From an uncultured Planifilum sp. (lineage in GTDB: Bacteria; Bacillota; Bacilli; Thermoactinomycetales; DSM-44946), in NCBI GenBank assembly GCA_937983105.1, contig CALKAM010000031.1, positions 85,553 to 149,552 of the forward strand: 64,000 bases of DNA. The letters are read 5' to 3'. Both the position numbers and the translations under genes were made by a program. The notes beneath the pieces were generated by a model. That model had not been told where the DNA came from. It searched no databases and saw nothing but the letters and a program-made list of their open reading frames with translations. This document shows positions 62,786 through 64,000 of this stretch, piece by piece. Numbering within the stretch: the stretch's first letter is position 1; each line of letters starts with the position of its first letter.

Positions 62786-63931
62786 TTATTCCTCCTCCTG
62801 CGCTCCTGATTTTCCCTTTCCCAGCCCGCGGATCCAGGTCACCGCCAATAGGAGCAACGGCGCAAGCAGTCCAAACAGGGCGGAATAGGGAGTCCAGTAG
62901 AGATTCACATTCTCGATCAAATGGACTTCACTGGGAATCTCCTTCTCAGCAAAGAGGAGGATGGCAACCGCCAAGGGAATGGAAAGCAGGTGCGTGTTGG
63001 GAACGCGCACCAGCGTGCAAATTCCGTCCAGGACAAAGGCGAAACACAGGATCAGTTTGATCTGTACGCAGGCGATCCAGGCGATCAGCGTCAAGGGCTC
63101 AATTCGTTCAATGACATCGGCGATTCCCGCCTCTTGGGCCAAACTGTACAACGGGAAAGAGAGATGGGCGGTCCATTCGGCCCCGAACACCATCAGTGTA
63201 AACAAGATGACCAGTGAGACCGCAACCGCCCCGAGAAAATACGTCGCCATCATTTTGCGGCGAAATCCCGGCGGCTCCTGGATCTGCGGGAGAATCCATC
63301 CGCACACGACCAGGGTTTCCAGAAAAGGGAATCCCACGACAGGATAAGCCCCGGCAACCAGCCGCCTCCAGCCGCCGTCCAGGACGGGGAAAAGAAATTC
63401 GGGATGAAGTTTTCCGATCAAAAACAGAAAGGTGAAGGTGAACACCACCAGAACGATGATCAGTAACAGCTGGCCAAACCGGCCCAGGACCTCGGGACCC
63501 AGACGGTAGGCATAGACGGCCACCGTCAGGATCAACAGGTGAAAGGGCCAGAAGGGCGTCTCCGGCTGCAGCATCATCGTCATAAACATGCCGACGTTCT
63601 TGGTGACGTGAATGCTGAGATAAAACCCGTAAAACACAAATCCCGCCCCCAATACCGTCCCCGCGTAAGGACCCATGACAGATAGGCAGGCGCCTACCAC
63701 GGTCTGCCCCCGATGCTTCCTGCACAGGGAAAGGGTCATCAGCGGCGCCGGACAAGCGACCAGGGCGGCCAGGAGAACCGACAGCCATGCGTCCTGTTGG
63801 GCATGAGAGGTGATGATCGTCGGAATGATCAGGATGGCCGTTCCCAGGATGAAAAGGAATAGCAGGGCTTGGGCCTGTCCCGGAGTCATCAACCGGTCGC
63901 GGACAACCGGTGGAAAATTGGAGGGCCTCAC
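62786..63931 (-). CDS. Spore germination receptor subunit B (GerAB/GerKB family)
   Basis: QQDAWLS, LQPETP, LFPVL..GW, ERIEPL; about 10 TMs. GTG at 63931 overlaps the upstream TGA. Confidence 0.85.
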   Translation of the reverse strand: MRPSNFPPVVRDRLMTPGQAQALLFLFILGTAILIIPTIITSHAQQDAWLSVLLAALVACPAPLMTLSLCRKHRGQTVVGACLSVMGPYAGTVLGAGFVFYGFYLSIHVTKNVGMFMTMMLQPETPFWPFHLLILTVAVYAYRLGPEVLGRFGQLLLIIVLVVFTFTFLFLIGKLHPEFLFPVLDGGWRRLVAGAYPVVGFPFLETLVVCGWILPQIQEPPGFRRKMMATYFLGAVAVSLVILFTLMVFGAEWTAHLSFPLYSLAQEAGIADVIERIEPLTLIAWIACVQIKLILCFAFVLDGICTLVRVPNTHLLSIPLAVAILLFAEKEIPSEVHLIENVNLYWTPYSALFGLLAPLLLLAVTWIRGLGKGKSGAQEEE

Positions 63932-64000
63932 GATGCTCCCACCCGCAACCAATCAAATGCAGGGCGGGCCACCGGATCCGTCAACCAACTGATCAACTCC
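63928..64000 (-). CDS. 3' end of a small ger-operon-type protein (runs off the window)
   Basis: ELISWLTDPVARPAFDWLRVGAS*; the stop overlaps the gerB GTG (GTGA coupling). Confidence 0.5.
   Translation of the reverse strand, partial: ELISWLTDPVARPAFDWLRVGAS

Overview
High-GC (roughly 60% by eye) endospore-forming Bacillota chromosome; a Thermoactinomycetaceae/Planifilum-like host is my inference. 1-28 kb is the conserved core block, almost all on the minus strand: sucC-sucD-dprA-topA-trmFO-hslV-hslU-rpsB-tsf-pyrH-frr-uppS-cdsA-dxr-rasP-(bdbD-bdbC)-polC-rimP-nusA-ylxR-ylxQ-infB-ylxP. xerC, codY, the flagellar cluster and proS are missing from their B. subtilis positions. 28-64 kb is accessory: an orphan lantibiotic immunity module (LanFEG plus LanRK), tiny sporulation-type genes, a Lac-family PTS with ldh and crr behind two Rex-like boxes, treP-treA, and a cell-wall-anchored SNase-fold protein with a degenerate active site. 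The best candidate for an undescribed system is 42.6-55.3 kb. It encodes a secreted PHB-depolymerase-type esterase, a Bacillus PhaZ-like hydrolase, a FabH-like enzyme with Cys-His-His, a LIV-type ABC importer (LivG and LivF fused in frame), an acyl-CoA ligase and a MalT-ATPase/TPR/wHTH-BTAD activator. Three of its promoter regions carry the same TGTAACC-N4-TGYAAYC direct repeat 8-9 nt upstream of a -10 box, the geometry known for SARP activators. This suggests a self-contained polyester (PHB/oligoester) scavenging regulon. No rRNA, tRNA, CRISPR array or mobile element was seen. All calls are by eye; no database searches were run.
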